Shown here piece by piece: positions 29,701 through 39,840 of a stretch of 64,000 nucleotides of DNA. Location: IMG/VR virus record IMGVR_UViG_3300030107_004520, positions 4,092-68,091 of that record; one strand, 5' to 3'. This DNA is from a virus. The notes beneath the pieces were generated by a model that did no database searches, was not told where the DNA came from, and saw only the letters and a list, made by a program, of their open reading frames with translations. The translations under genes and the position numbers were made by a program. Each line of letters starts with the position of its first letter. Position 1 is the stretch's first letter.

Positions 29701-32700
29701 ACCCCAATCACCAGAGTAAGCAGACGCTGATCCCAATACTTTATTCGATGTACTAACATTTGATGAGCCGTCAGCATTATATAAAGCATCTCTATTCGTT
29801 AGTATTTTTATCACCTTATCCTCACAAAAAGCTAATATTTGTGTTGGTCTTGTGTATAGTTTTTGTATACTACCGTATATAGGATTTAAATCTTTTGTTA
29901 TAGCTTCTGCTGCTATAAATTGATTTGTTTCGTTTACACCATTAATAGAATTATATATACCAGAATATATTAAACCATGTTCTCTTCTCTCTTCTTTTAT
30001 TGGCTCAGCTAATACGGTAGAAGCTTTAACACCATTATCTACTTGTTTAGCGTTATAATCATCTCTTATTCTATCTGACTCTACACCATTACCAAAAGTC
30101 CAGCAGTTACTCCAATCTAATATGTGATATTGTCTATATAATTTTTGATCTTCACTTACTGTTGTTGGTCCACCGTGTAGTTTTAACGTGGTACCAGTTG
30201 CAGAAACAGCACCATTAGCTTTTGCTCCTAAAGAATAATGTACGCCAAATTGTTCTCTTTTATTAAAATACACGTCTGCACCATCTGCTATAGAAGCACC
30301 TGTAACTAATGCTGGTGAAAACGTAAGAGTTTGATCACTCCAAGAATCAACGGTGTGTTTGGTACCTGAAATACTAAAATTAGAACCTAAAGGTAGCAAT
30401 TCTTCGTTTGTAGCTGAATTTAACTCTAAAGGTATTAATCCGCTAGCTTGATAATAAATATCCATATCAACGCTTTCTTTTGGCTCTGTCTCCCAAATAG
30501 CTGGATCTTCTGAAAAATTATCTCTACCACCATTGTCTGTAAATTTTGATAAAATTTCTATTACATCAGTGCTACTAGTATCGTGTTTTAAAGGTGCGGT
30601 ACTATCTGGCGCACCATTTATAGTACCTGTTACGGGGTTGTAGAAGTTAGGCCCTTTACTACCAATAGGTGGATCTACCTCTATTGTCCATTTTTGTCTC
30701 ATACACGCTCCTTCATATAGTAACCTATTATAGCGCCACCCCTCGTCTTTATAATTTCTTATACCAAAATGTCCAGTTAAACGGCTTATGGCTAAAAAAT
30801 GACCTCCTGAACCAAAAGGATGTGTTGTGTAATTACTATATGTAGGATAATTATATTCACTAACCGTATAAACTGTCTCATCTGGATCGTTTCTAAATCT
30901 GAATTTTGTACCTTCTTGAGTAAGTCTTTCTATAAACGTAGCGGCTTTTACAAATATACCGTCTTCTAAACCAGCTTGATTATTTGCACAATCTTGAAGT
31001 GTGTGGTCAAAAGGCCTATCGCTCCAATTACCACCATCATAACCTTTACCCATACCTGTCCAAGATATATCTATTTTTCTACCACCGTCCCATATTCCTC
31101 TAGAAAGAGGACCTGCACCCGAAATAGCATTACCAAAAAGACCGGCATGCCCAAATCTATCTGGAGCACCTGGCCCTTCATTTTGAGCATCTACATTTGT
31201 ACCACCAAAAATATTATGGGTTCCAGTACCTTGATTTTTATCTCCTGGAATCATATCCGTGTGACCAGTCCATTGGTACGCACTACAAGCATCAATAAAG
31301 AATTGCCGTTTTCCACCCAGTTTTTCCCAAAACTGTCTAGCGTCTGTAGATCCGCTACTTAACCAACTATCGTTATTTAATGCTTCACAACTATCATCAG
31401 CCATATCAGAATTTTCTACACCAAAACGACTACCACTAGTTCCACCACCCCACTCATAAGCTGATCCAGTAAAATGACTATATTTAGTTGGGTGATCGCT
31501 ACCATCTCTGTCTGTCTTCTGCTTCGCGTTCATTCCTATAACACCTCCCTGTACGTGCTTATAAGCATTGTTATTTAAATATCTTAACTTCCAAGTATGT
31601 GAAACAAAATAATCCTCTATACCACCACCACCAGTTTCTACAACACGTTTGTTTAATACACTATCTCTATATATTTTTACAAAAAATCTACCATCAAATT
31701 CAGGTTTGTTTTCAACTTCATCTTCAATTAATTCTAATTGTAAACCGGTGATAGCTGTAGCGTAGGTACCACCCGTTGATGTAAATTCCATCTCTTCTCC
31801 AAATTTACCTTTTATTTTTATTTTGTATGGCGTTGAGCTGTCACCACTAATTTTTACAACTTCATAAATCTCAGATCTATCATTAGGTCCCCATATCCTC
31901 ATACTCAATCTATCAGGTGTTTGTATAGGTAAATTGCTACCAAAAGTGCTCTCAAACGTGGTAGCTTCTACTTCTATTTCAACCTCATCCGGCATTGGAA
32001 AACCACTTACACCATTACCTATTTGTGTGTTACTTGTATTTGGCATTAAACCCAAACTTTTCTTTTCTGTTTTTATAAAGTCTGGAGCTTCATCTTCAAT
32101 AGCTAATATCTTATATCTTGCTCTCTCTTTCACCGCTGAACCTGAACCATGCTCTTTCTTAAGTATTAAAAATGTTTCTTCATCTAATTTGTTTCTTTCA
32201 GAAGAAGGAAAGGATAACCATATATTACCGTCAGCAGCGTGGTACCATCTATCCATAGCTAGAGTATAATACTCTGTAGATGTTTCTTTTACATACCAAG
32301 AAAAATACTTAGCCCAGTCAGGAACATTTGTTCCTTGATCTAATCTTACATTTAACCTGTTTCTAGTTAACGCAGCTTCTTTTGGTATATCTATAGAAGC
32401 GTCTTTACTAGTCAACACTGGTGTTTCTCTACCATACCCATCACTATATACTACACCAACTTGGTAAGTTCTCATAGATTTAAGAGATGCAACCTGTGTT
32501 ACTTCGCCTAATTCAGAGTTACTACCTAAATTCTTTATTTCCTGTGAATGCAATAATACTTTTATTTTCGGGTCTTCTAGTGCTGTATAGTTTTGTAAGT
32601 AGTTACCGTATATTAATCTATTAGCGCTAATTTCTTGTGCTTTAGCTGTTCTAGGAACATTATCCCATGGTCTTAATAATTGATTAGAAGGAACTACAGC

Positions 32701-34461
32701 GTGTACTAATTCTGATTTTATTTCATATTCACCTCTAGCGTAAGCATTTGTATAATTTAAGTCAGGCCAAATTGGGTGACCATCTGTAGGTTTTATAGTT
32801 TTAACAGTATATACTGTTGGATCATTTGTTTCTTTATACAACAGATCTATCTCTACAACATCTCTAGGTAAAGCATCTAATTCAGGGTGATACCCTTTTA
32901 ACTTTAAATTCCTTAATTGGTTTCTCATACCTAGATTATAACCCTTTTTAGGTTTGTATTCGTAATCACCTGGTATAAAAGCTATTTGGGACCAAGGTGC
33001 GAAAGTAGAATATTCACCATCTTGGTATTTATATCTATAAGAAAATCTAACAAATTTAAACTCAAAAAGAGGTTCTCCATCTTCTAATCTAACAAACCAA
33101 TCCTCATCAGAGTCTGGTAAATCAGAATCAATAGATAGTACTCTAACATCAAAAGATGTTGAAAATAAGTTATCTGGATCTGTAACTGGCGAAGACTCAA
33201 CAACTGTTCGCACTTCATAATTATCAAAAGTGTCTGAGCCTTGTGCATCTGAATTGTTTGTCCATAACAATATATCACCTTGTCTAAAATCAATAGCTGT
33301 ATCAAACGTTATACCGGTTATAAGATCACCGGATTGATAAGCAACGTTATTGCTATAAAATCTACCATTGAATGAAGTGTTTTTTGGGTTAGAAAGCCCG
33401 TCCGCAACCCGTATACGTGGGTCCTTTGAAATAGACATGTCTAGTTCTAATGGCTGCGTAGGTGATTTTTTAATTACGGTTATATGTTCTTCTTCAACGT
33501 ACTGTGCTCTATCTTCTGTTCTATTAGTAACCACTTGTCTAAGACCATTACTGTCTACATCTGCCACTAATCTAGTATGGAAATAATTTGTATCACCATA
33601 AAATAGTTGCGTTGGATCTGGTGTTCCAGCGGCATAACCAGCCACACCACCACCAGCTAAATACGCAACACCACCAGTTCCTTCTATAGATCTTTTTATA
33701 TTTATTTTTTTCGGCTCTGTATAACCGTCTGTCCAGAATAATAAATCATCAATAACATTTATCGCTGTAATATGTGAAGATGCTTTAGCTTTAAAATTTA
33801 AAACCCTATCCGCTAAAAACTCTACTGTATCATTATTAGATACTGTTAGGTTTTCAGATGTGTATATTCTCCAAGTATCAGGCGAGGTGGACGTGTCAAC
33901 CCTAATATCAGTTACAGTTATATTATCTGCTCTGGTGTAAGTAGTACCACCTAAAGTACCTGTTACATACATACCGATTCTTATACCTGTTTTATTTATT
34001 GTGGAACTACCATTTTGCAGAACAGCAAAATAGGGGCTGCTAGATAGTGCGCCCTGTACGGTTGTTTTAACATAATATATGTCTACAAAAACATATTTAA
34101 GTATTTCTTGTATAGCGTTATATTCTAATATATAATCTCTACGTATATCGAGCCCTTGACCCGTAGTGTTATTTATACCAGCAGATACAAAGTAATATAT
34201 TTTATCAGTATCTGGAACAGCAATTGAACCTACGCAAGTAGATGTTGTCGGAACATCATAATTAGCATTACTTGAAAAACTCGTATCCATCGTGTTTTTT
34301 TGTACATTACCGTATAATGTTTGTAACGAACCAACGTTAGAATCATCCGAGGTAGATATCTGTACATTTTTTGCATCTCTATACTGCCCAGCTGGAACAA
34401 GTCTTTCGTCCATGTCCTTGTTCATTTTTGCCTGGGAGAAATTACGTTTAAACTCTGGCAT
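26788..34461 (-). CDS. Large tail (tubular/stabilization, nozzle-like) protein with fibre-like C-terminal extension
   Basis: N-terminal KMNKDMDERLVP.GQYRDA.N; NGVESDRIRDDY and GISKNPESF motifs of Bacteroidota podovirus tail proteins; T/S/G-rich C-terminus. Confidence 0.7.
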   Translation of the reverse strand: MPEFKRNFSQAKMNKDMDERLVPAGQYRDAKNVQISTSDDSNVGSLQTLYGNVQKNTMDTSFSSNANYDVPTTSTCVGSIAVPDTDKIYYFVSAGINNTTGQGLDIRRDYILEYNAIQEILKYVFVDIYYVKTTVQGALSSSPYFAVLQNGSSTINKTGIRIGMYVTGTLGGTTYTRADNITVTDIRVDTSTSPDTWRIYTSENLTVSNNDTVEFLADRVLNFKAKASSHITAINVIDDLLFWTDGYTEPKKINIKRSIEGTGGVAYLAGGGVAGYAAGTPDPTQLFYGDTNYFHTRLVADVDSNGLRQVVTNRTEDRAQYVEEEHITVIKKSPTQPLELDMSISKDPRIRVADGLSNPKNTSFNGRFYSNNVAYQSGDLITGITFDTAIDFRQGDILLWTNNSDAQGSDTFDNYEVRTVVESSPVTDPDNLFSTSFDVRVLSIDSDLPDSDEDWFVRLEDGEPLFEFKFVRFSYRYKYQDGEYSTFAPWSQIAFIPGDYEYKPKKGYNLGMRNQLRNLKLKGYHPELDALPRDVVEIDLLYKETNDPTVYTVKTIKPTDGHPIWPDLNYTNAYARGEYEIKSELVHAVVPSNQLLRPWDNVPRTAKAQEISANRLIYGNYLQNYTALEDPKIKVLLHSQEIKNLGSNSELGEVTQVASLKSMRTYQVGVVYSDGYGRETPVLTSKDASIDIPKEAALTRNRLNVRLDQGTNVPDWAKYFSWYVKETSTEYYTLAMDRWYHAADGNIWLSFPSSERNKLDEETFLILKKEHGSGSAVKERARYKILAIEDEAPDFIKTEKKSLGLMPNTSNTQIGNGVSGFPMPDEVEIEVEATTFESTFGSNLPIQTPDRLSMRIWGPNDRSEIYEVVKISGDSSTPYKIKIKGKFGEEMEFTSTGGTYATAITGLQLELIEDEVENKPEFDGRFFVKIYRDSVLNKRVVETGGGGIEDYFVSHTWKLRYLNNNAYKHVQGGVIGMNAKQKTDRDGSDHPTKYSHFTGSAYEWGGGTSGSRFGVENSDMADDSCEALNNDSWLSSGSTDARQFWEKLGGKRQFFIDACSAYQWTGHTDMIPGDKNQGTGTHNIFGGTNVDAQNEGPGAPDRFGHAGLFGNAISGAGPLSRGIWDGGRKIDISWTGMGKGYDGGNWSDRPFDHTLQDCANNQAGLEDGIFVKAATFIERLTQEGTKFRFRNDPDETVYTVSEYNYPTYSNYTTHPFGSGGHFLAISRLTGHFGIRNYKDEGWRYNRLLYEGACMRQKWTIEVDPPIGSKGPNFYNPVTGTINGAPDSTAPLKHDTSSTDVIEILSKFTDNGGRDNFSEDPAIWETEPKESVDMDIYYQASGLIPLELNSATNEELLPLGSNFSISGTKHTVDSWSDQTLTFSPALVTGASIADGADVYFNKREQFGVHYSLGAKANGAVSATGTTLKLHGGPTTVSEDQKLYRQYHILDWSNCWTFGNGVESDRIRDDYNAKQVDNGVKASTVLAEPIKEERREHGLIYSGIYNSINGVNETNQFIAAEAITKDLNPIYGSIQKLYTRPTQILAFCEDKVIKILTNRDALYNADGSSNVSTSNKVLGSASAYSGDWGISKNPESFVATPQQIYFADIIRGQVLALSGEGVRSISDLGMKDYFADELKSYVWSALGTYDEKKHEYNLTFGKKYSNGQKQATYTTVSYSERAKGWSSFKSFTPENGLSLNNDYYTFYQGQLWKHHDSTVNRNSFYGAAYESDITILFNDTPEAVKSFNTVNYEGTQARIYNPSTTSIADAAGNSISSTAAAHNEYFNLSAKTGWYIPAGKMITDKQTGRVIEFKEKEGKWFGVTSGETTELSNLDEREFTVQGLGNASFSFVGGGSGTDPDTTAVTLTFANNTSSSYVGIDGSGGAWDSSSVVSAEGLKWTVADVTQTQTVGATVSGQNVDLVITPIINGIWSGYVLTAADFQIGGASETSSGSGVWNGGNVDSPITGVTFTDLGIAGDPANTVRARVAVGSFTCPTSNTSYYIDIDEESAPIIPRRDACLRTYYPYYSTGHTVSITSAPTGLGNSVVDNGVSSGTTKNLHSGTVTDNVSTKIAEISFTASSGYKYEGWGLSFNNLTNGGVDYSSQYNYTITPTTSTAGTTKLVYKIYYTPGQTNGLSPDPPSLCELNHIAQFQFVLRQNETFTNKITRVSYPAEISHIAQEVPVTVRGASGSEYTIRITQHSDPVKNTIAKYYDFTENEFETLANITSAGNSQNLTTTVGSSGLTTHHILIPGTTTAKVRYDIVLSAGSGVTLASGVPTNFEDASITQYGINTVTLQPKTHNHTSNFGAMPSAVTIKAPIEYGEKTFGGLRRVNFVETGGNGGSSGTTITLTKENPKIQPGMYVLGTGITYGVTVSSVRKRTVTISTACSVANGTTLTFERNTSAIIAFDFTVTPTEGRTLSISSGVGRQPTASDVGGFDNRLLQTNGVVTESATVVLDDTDGAVAGMTVTGTGVASDTTVSSVTNATTLVLSKTNTIADNESLSFYSNHSGIKVIDISAVMSGSNTKVQGLLHVGGLGNSETATAAHIYIDNFINNS

Positions 34462-34464
34462 ATT

Positions 34465-35388
34465 TTAGTGTTTTATAAATTTCGACGAACCTCTAAGTGT
34501 TTGGGTTATTTCTTCAAGTTTAATATTTGACAATCTTATTTTTGCTTTTCTAGTTTCTGCAGCTCTTTCTTTTTTAACCTGTGTTAATAAATTAGGTGGC
34601 GTATCTTTTCGAGCTAAAAGAACGCCGTAAAGTATATGTTTATATATAGCTTCTTCAGCAAATTTGTGTATAAATGTAGCGTCTAAGTCTAAAGCGGTGT
34701 TACCGGCATTTGTAACTAAACCATCACTGATATATTTGAGTACTAGTGTTTTTCCCGCTAAGTTAGAACTGAAGTGAAACTTACCAGCATCTTCATCTAT
34801 AAAGAAAGAACCGTTAGCTTGTGAGTATTGAGGGTCTATTCCATATCTCTCTCCATCCATAGGCCAATAAGTATCGTCCATATAATCATCTTGATTTACA
34901 GACGGCGTAGTGGCTTTGTAGCTACCCCATGTGTCAGAAGTGTCATTACCATCACTATCAGTTGTTCCATCTAAAGGTTCATTAGAACCATCTGTTGCAA
35001 AACCACCAAAAGCCGTTATAGCCTCCTCTATGTCTTTTGGATTAGATGTTTTAGATGTTGGGTAAATAATTCGCTCAACACCAGCACCATCACTCCAAGA
35101 TAATTTTACGTAGTTGATATAATCTACAGGCATTACCATTACTAATGTTGATGGTACTTCTATCTCCCAATCTTTAGTAGATCTTAAAGTATCGTAACTA
35201 AGCTCCTGCATTGCTCTTGTAGCATGGAACGTTATATCTGAAACTAAAACTTTTTCACATATTTTACCTTCACCAACATAGGTAGCAGAGAACGCTGTTA
35301 TAATTTCGGTTAAATTTATTTTTTGATAATTACCGTGATCACCACCTGTTGCGTAATACGCTTGCTGGTCTGTCCTTATTATACCCAT
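34465..35388 (-). CDS. Structural protein (head-tail adaptor/ring)
   Basis: RAMQELSYD...PVDYINYVKLS...YISDGL; synteny. Confidence 0.6.
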   Translation of the reverse strand: MGIIRTDQQAYYATGGDHGNYQKINLTEIITAFSATYVGEGKICEKVLVSDITFHATRAMQELSYDTLRSTKDWEIEVPSTLVMVMPVDYINYVKLSWSDGAGVERIIYPTSKTSNPKDIEEAITAFGGFATDGSNEPLDGTTDSDGNDTSDTWGSYKATTPSVNQDDYMDDTYWPMDGERYGIDPQYSQANGSFFIDEDAGKFHFSSNLAGKTLVLKYISDGLVTNAGNTALDLDATFIHKFAEEAIYKHILYGVLLARKDTPPNLLTQVKKERAAETRKAKIRLSNIKLEEITQTLRGSSKFIKH

Positions 35389-35392
35389 TTAT

Positions 35393-36130
35393 TTATGTTT
35401 TTTGATTTGTATTCTCTGCGTTATCTTTAGCTGTGGTTATTTGTGTTAAACCAGATTTATTAATAACTATACCAGCTAGATCTAATATTTTTATAACCAA
35501 CGTGTCTTCTTCTGAATCGTGTAATTCGAAGTTTACAGAAGTGTTTGAGTTGTATAATGCTTTTTCATTTACAACAACATATCCCCAAGCAACATCTTCT
35601 CTTGGTTGCGCTATAGTCTCGCAAGTTACGCTTGAGGTTACTACCGCTCCATCTGAATATACTATTATATCTCTATCTGAGGTTGTGTTGTTGTCTATAT
35701 AAATTGGTTCAGTAACAGTACCGGCGAAGTGTCTGCTTGAAGCTATTAATCTTTTTATATCATTTCTAGGAACTCTCCTACACTCGTAATCACTATAGTA
35801 TATTGCACCTATTTGCCATACTGGTCTAGCTACACTACTTATAGTAACTGATGTAGGAAATGTGTGACCGGATGTCACTGTTTGGACGGTTGTAAATGGA
35901 GCCAACTTCCTTGTAATTAAATCCGATATATCGGATTCACTAGGAAAAGATCTATCTTTATTTGCTTCTAGCCTTTCTCTTTGATTTTTATTATAAAAAT
36001 AGGATTCAAAGATCTGTAATTGGGCTTGGTTAGCTAACAAGTTAAATTCTTGTGGTGTTATATAACCTCTTTGCTCTTTATTAGCCATTGCTAAAACTCT
36101 TTGATATACTGTGTCTACACTTATCGCCAT
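35393..36130 (-). CDS. Structural protein (head-tail adaptor/ring)
   Basis: NKEQRGYITPQEFNLLANQAQ; synteny. Confidence 0.6.
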   Translation of the reverse strand: MAISVDTVYQRVLAMANKEQRGYITPQEFNLLANQAQLQIFESYFYNKNQRERLEANKDRSFPSESDISDLITRKLAPFTTVQTVTSGHTFPTSVTISSVARPVWQIGAIYYSDYECRRVPRNDIKRLIASSRHFAGTVTEPIYIDNNTTSDRDIIVYSDGAVVTSSVTCETIAQPREDVAWGYVVVNEKALYNSNTSVNFELHDSEEDTLVIKILDLAGIVINKSGLTQITTAKDNAENTNQKT

Positions 36131-36143
36131 AATTTATTTTTAA

Positions 36144-36180
36144 TGTAGTTACGATCGCCCCGTAGGGCGACCGCTCTACA
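36144..36180 (-). other. Stable intergenic RNA hairpin with UNCG tetraloop (processing/stabilising or attenuating element)
   Basis: Minus strand TGTAG-A-GCGGTCGCCC-TACG-GGGCGATCGT-AA-CTACA; no U tract. Confidence 0.6.
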
Positions 36181-36186
36181 GTTTGA

Positions 36187-37005
36187 TTAATTATTTAATC
36201 GTTTTTCTATATTGGAGTAAATCTCCATTCCTTCATCAGTTTTAAACCAAGCGGCTAAAGCCGAGTAAGGATGTTCATCAAAAGGAACGTTCATTAACTT
36301 TCTATCATTAGAACCCCAACTAAACGTTCTTTGATCTGAAGATAGTTTTAATATTCCTAATTCAGTTGCTTTAATACCAAAGTTTCTAAGTATAACGTTT
36401 TCGTCATTTACTAACTCTAAGAACAGTTTAGGGTTTCTCTTAGCATACACTAGTAAATCACGTCTAAGCTCCTTAGAACTCATCGTAGACACTTCAGAAC
36501 CTTTTTCTACACGTAATACCGCTTCAGCCATGTCTATATCTAAAGCTTGAGCAGCTGTTAATGCCTCTATTTCTAACTCTATAACCGCTACTTCACTTTG
36601 AGCTATCATTTGAGGTTTATATTCTACGTACAAATGTTTTCTACCTGGGTGATATAGAGATAATAATTTTTGTAACGTTTGTTTTTCCCTAGGAACGAAT
36701 AGCGTTCCTCTTCTAAAAATTATATGTGATAACCTTTGATCTCCCTCCATTTCATCAACAAAACAAGTTCGTTGGTTTTCACAGTATTTTAACTCTCTCT
36801 CATATCCCTTTTCTTCGTCAAAATAAAATATATTTGCACTCTTTATAGATCTTGATAAAGATCTTTTAGCTTTACCTCTTATAAAATAAGTTCTATTTTT
36901 TATTTCCCAACCATCTTCTGGGTGAGGTTTTTTATTTTGTTTTGGTTGTTCTACAACCCGTGGAGTTGATTCCACTTCTATTTTTGTTTCTTGTTTTTTT
37001 GCCAT
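36187..37005 (-). CDS. Conserved protein downstream of the major capsid gene (probably structural)
   Basis: Long ORF; synteny. Confidence 0.55.
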   Translation of the reverse strand: MAKKQETKIEVESTPRVVEQPKQNKKPHPEDGWEIKNRTYFIRGKAKRSLSRSIKSANIFYFDEEKGYERELKYCENQRTCFVDEMEGDQRLSHIIFRRGTLFVPREKQTLQKLLSLYHPGRKHLYVEYKPQMIAQSEVAVIELEIEALTAAQALDIDMAEAVLRVEKGSEVSTMSSKELRRDLLVYAKRNPKLFLELVNDENVILRNFGIKATELGILKLSSDQRTFSWGSNDRKLMNVPFDEHPYSALAAWFKTDEGMEIYSNIEKRLNN

Positions 37006-37028
37006 AATATAATATATAATAAAATTAA

Positions 37029-37084
37029 TAAAAAAATAAAGAGAAGGACGGAGAACGTTTACATGTATGCCGTCCTCCTCTTTA
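37029..37084 (-). terminator. Terminator after the major capsid gene
   Basis: Minus strand AAAGAGGAGGACGG...CCGTCCTTCTCTTTATTTTTT. Confidence 0.75.
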
Positions 37085-37096
37085 AAATATAAATGC

Positions 37097-38602
37097 TTAC
37101 TTCATTAACATGAAATTGTTAGCACCTTGAGTAATTAAACATCTTTCAGATAAGAAATGCATTTGCATTGCGTCTAAATCAGATGTTACAGCTCCAACAG
37201 AACCAGTAACCCAAGTTTTCATTTTTCTACTTTCTGTTTGAGAAGCTCTATATCTAACGTGTAAGAAAGGACGTTTAAGGTTCCTTCCTAGGGTTTCATC
37301 ATAAACTGAAGAAACACCCGCTGGAATAAATACACCACGAACAGCATCAGAAGTAGCAGCGTCGTTAATACCACCTCTAGTAGCACTGTCGTTTAAGTAT
37401 TTCCAATCAGATTTGTAGAAATCGTAAGATCCACGTCTGAAACCAGAGAAACCTAAATTAAGCGCCATATCTTCTGAGTTGTTAAATACTCCGTAAGAAG
37501 TACCACCAGCTCCGTAAGAATTCATTGAAGCTAACATATCATCAATCGCAAGAGACGTTGCTCTATTAACAAACATCATGTTTTCTTCAATAGCACCTTG
37601 CTTATCAAACTCTGCTAAGATAGCATCGAATTCAGCTAAATCAACAGCTGCGTTAACACCAGTAACACCTGAAGTTATATTACCTCTATCTTCGATAGCT
37701 GCAAATAAACCTTCAGTACCACCTGGGTTACGACCAGATGAATAATAAGCAGCATCATCAGTAGCACCAGCATCAAGAATGTGAGATTCAGCATTCACTT
37801 TCTCAGCTTCAATACACATCATCTCTACGTAATCATTGAAACGAGCTCTTGTATCACCAGCTGCTTTTAAGTACCATAAGTAACCACTTTGTCCAGCTTC
37901 ACCTGTAATCTCAACCCAACCAATTTGAGAAGCATCAGATCCAGAGATCTCATAGTAATCTTTCATTATGATTGGTTTGTTAGATTGAGAAGTGTGAGTT
38001 GGTTTTACTGCTTTTGCTGAAGAGTTAGCTGGTGTAATACCACCTAATCCAGTTGAAGCTTTTTCCCAGTCAGAACCAATAACTACAACTTGCGTATTTG
38101 CTAAAGTTGCATTTGATCCATGAAACGGAGCATCAGCCCAAGTTTCTTCACCATAAGGTATAATTGTAACAGCTGTACCGTTAACTAATACTACTTGACC
38201 AGTTCCTGACCAACCTGCGTTAGCTACTAAACATACGTCATATAATCTCATACCATGATTAGCAATAGTATAACCGTCACCTGATACATTTCCATCAGAA
38301 TCACTAACTACTGTAAAAATATTTGTATTTGTAACAAGTGAACCAATACACGAAATGTGTAATCTACCTTGTTCTGACCAAACTACTTGGTCTGAGGACA
38401 TAGCCTCTTCTGCTCCAACTTGAGATAAAAAACCTGAGATAGTTCTTTTTCCAAAAACCTCAGCTTCTTTTTCCATTAAGTCAGGCAGATATTGTTGTTC
38501 CCATCCGGTTGAACCGTCTGTGAAATCTATATAATTTGAATTCAACGTCTGCTTCTGTGAAGCTGGTGTGTTATTCAAATTAGTTCCTGCTGTAATTGCC
38601 AT
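37097..38602 (-). CDS. Major capsid protein
   Basis: QQYLPDL, WSEQGRLH, GTEGLFAAIEDRG, NLGFSGFRRGSYDFYK; downstream of scaffold, followed by a terminator. Confidence 0.85.
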   Translation of the reverse strand: MAITAGTNLNNTPASQKQTLNSNYIDFTDGSTGWEQQYLPDLMEKEAEVFGKRTISGFLSQVGAEEAMSSDQVVWSEQGRLHISCIGSLVTNTNIFTVVSDSDGNVSGDGYTIANHGMRLYDVCLVANAGWSGTGQVVLVNGTAVTIIPYGEETWADAPFHGSNATLANTQVVVIGSDWEKASTGLGGITPANSSAKAVKPTHTSQSNKPIIMKDYYEISGSDASQIGWVEITGEAGQSGYLWYLKAAGDTRARFNDYVEMMCIEAEKVNAESHILDAGATDDAAYYSSGRNPGGTEGLFAAIEDRGNITSGVTGVNAAVDLAEFDAILAEFDKQGAIEENMMFVNRATSLAIDDMLASMNSYGAGGTSYGVFNNSEDMALNLGFSGFRRGSYDFYKSDWKYLNDSATRGGINDAATSDAVRGVFIPAGVSSVYDETLGRNLKRPFLHVRYRASQTESRKMKTWVTGSVGAVTSDLDAMQMHFLSERCLITQGANNFMLMK

Positions 38603-38620
38603 TTTTAATTTGTTTTAAAG

Positions 38621-39820
38621 TTATTTTCTATTTTTAATTTTAAACTTAAAATCAGAAGAATTGTCACCTAATACTCTTACTTTTATACCACCCGCTTGAA
38701 CTTCACCGTGTTGTTGCCTAGGGTTAACATTAACGTTTTTACCTTTAGCAATACTATCTTTTATAGCATCGGCTTTACCTTGTTCATAAAAATGCTTAGC
38801 AACAGCGTCAGGATTCATTGCTGTAAACAAACCTTTGTGATAACCTTTAGCATCTTCCATCATGTTCTTTTTGTTCAAAAACTTTTTGACAAAATTATTG
38901 ATATCGCTTTGAGTATCTTTTACTTCGTTTGCGTCTTTAACGTTAAACCTATATTTCTTATCTCCAACATTATATTCAAAACCTTTGAACTTGTCGTTAA
39001 AAACCTGATTGGTTTTATTTAAGAAATTAGATTTTTGCGATTCAGCAACTTTCTGATTTTCTTCAGATTCCTTGTTGTATCTATTAAAGAAATCAATAGC
39101 TTTTTGTTGCTCATTGGTCAACTTTGACCCAGCTTTAATTTCTTCATAGTATTTGGACTTATACCCGTCCAGGTGGGTTTTAGCGTTGGCAACTTGCTCT
39201 TTTAACGCTAATTTTTTTCTTCTTATATCTTTATCCTCATCAACTTCTTCGTCATACGAAAACTGATCTTCCATAAGGAAATCAATTTCATCTGATGTTA
39301 AGTGAGGTTTTGTTTGTTTGTAATATTCTTTTAGTACCGTTTGATTATCCATTTCAGAATAATCTTTGTTAAGTTTTACATAATCTTGTAAATCACCGCC
39401 AGTATCTTCCATAAAATCCATTAGCTTTTGTATGTTCTCTGGAATCTCCTTACCGCTAGCAGCCGCTTCTTCAACAGCTTCTTTTACTTCTTCCTCTGTA
39501 GTTTCTTCTGTTATTTCTTCTAATACGGGTTGTTCTTCATCTTGAACGGTGGTTTGTTCTTGTGGTATTTCCTCAACCACTTCTTGTAAAGTTTCGGCTT
39601 GTTTGTCTTCAACCACATTTGTTGTTTCTTGCTCTTTATTGGCATCTTCTAATTCTTTTACTTTAGACATATCAATTTTATAATCACCTTCTTCGTTTAT
39701 TGATACTGGTGATTCTTGTTCTTGACTTTCTGTAGTTTCTGTGGTTTCTGTATTTTCTACAGTTTCCTCCACAGGTTGTGTAGTTTCTTCAACTACCTCT
39801 TTGTTTTCGTTTTCTTCCAT
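38621..39820 (-). CDS. Capsid scaffolding protein
   Basis: Very acidic E/T-rich N-terminus, C-terminal HFYEQGKADA; lies between portal and MCP. Confidence 0.7.
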   Translation of the reverse strand: MEENENKEVVEETTQPVEETVENTETTETTESQEQESPVSINEEGDYKIDMSKVKELEDANKEQETTNVVEDKQAETLQEVVEEIPQEQTTVQDEEQPVLEEITEETTEEEVKEAVEEAAASGKEIPENIQKLMDFMEDTGGDLQDYVKLNKDYSEMDNQTVLKEYYKQTKPHLTSDEIDFLMEDQFSYDEEVDEDKDIRRKKLALKEQVANAKTHLDGYKSKYYEEIKAGSKLTNEQQKAIDFFNRYNKESEENQKVAESQKSNFLNKTNQVFNDKFKGFEYNVGDKKYRFNVKDANEVKDTQSDINNFVKKFLNKKNMMEDAKGYHKGLFTAMNPDAVAKHFYEQGKADAIKDSIAKGKNVNVNPRQQHGEVQAGGIKVRVLGDNSSDFKFKIKNRK

Positions 39821-39840
39821 GATAAAATATTATATAATTA

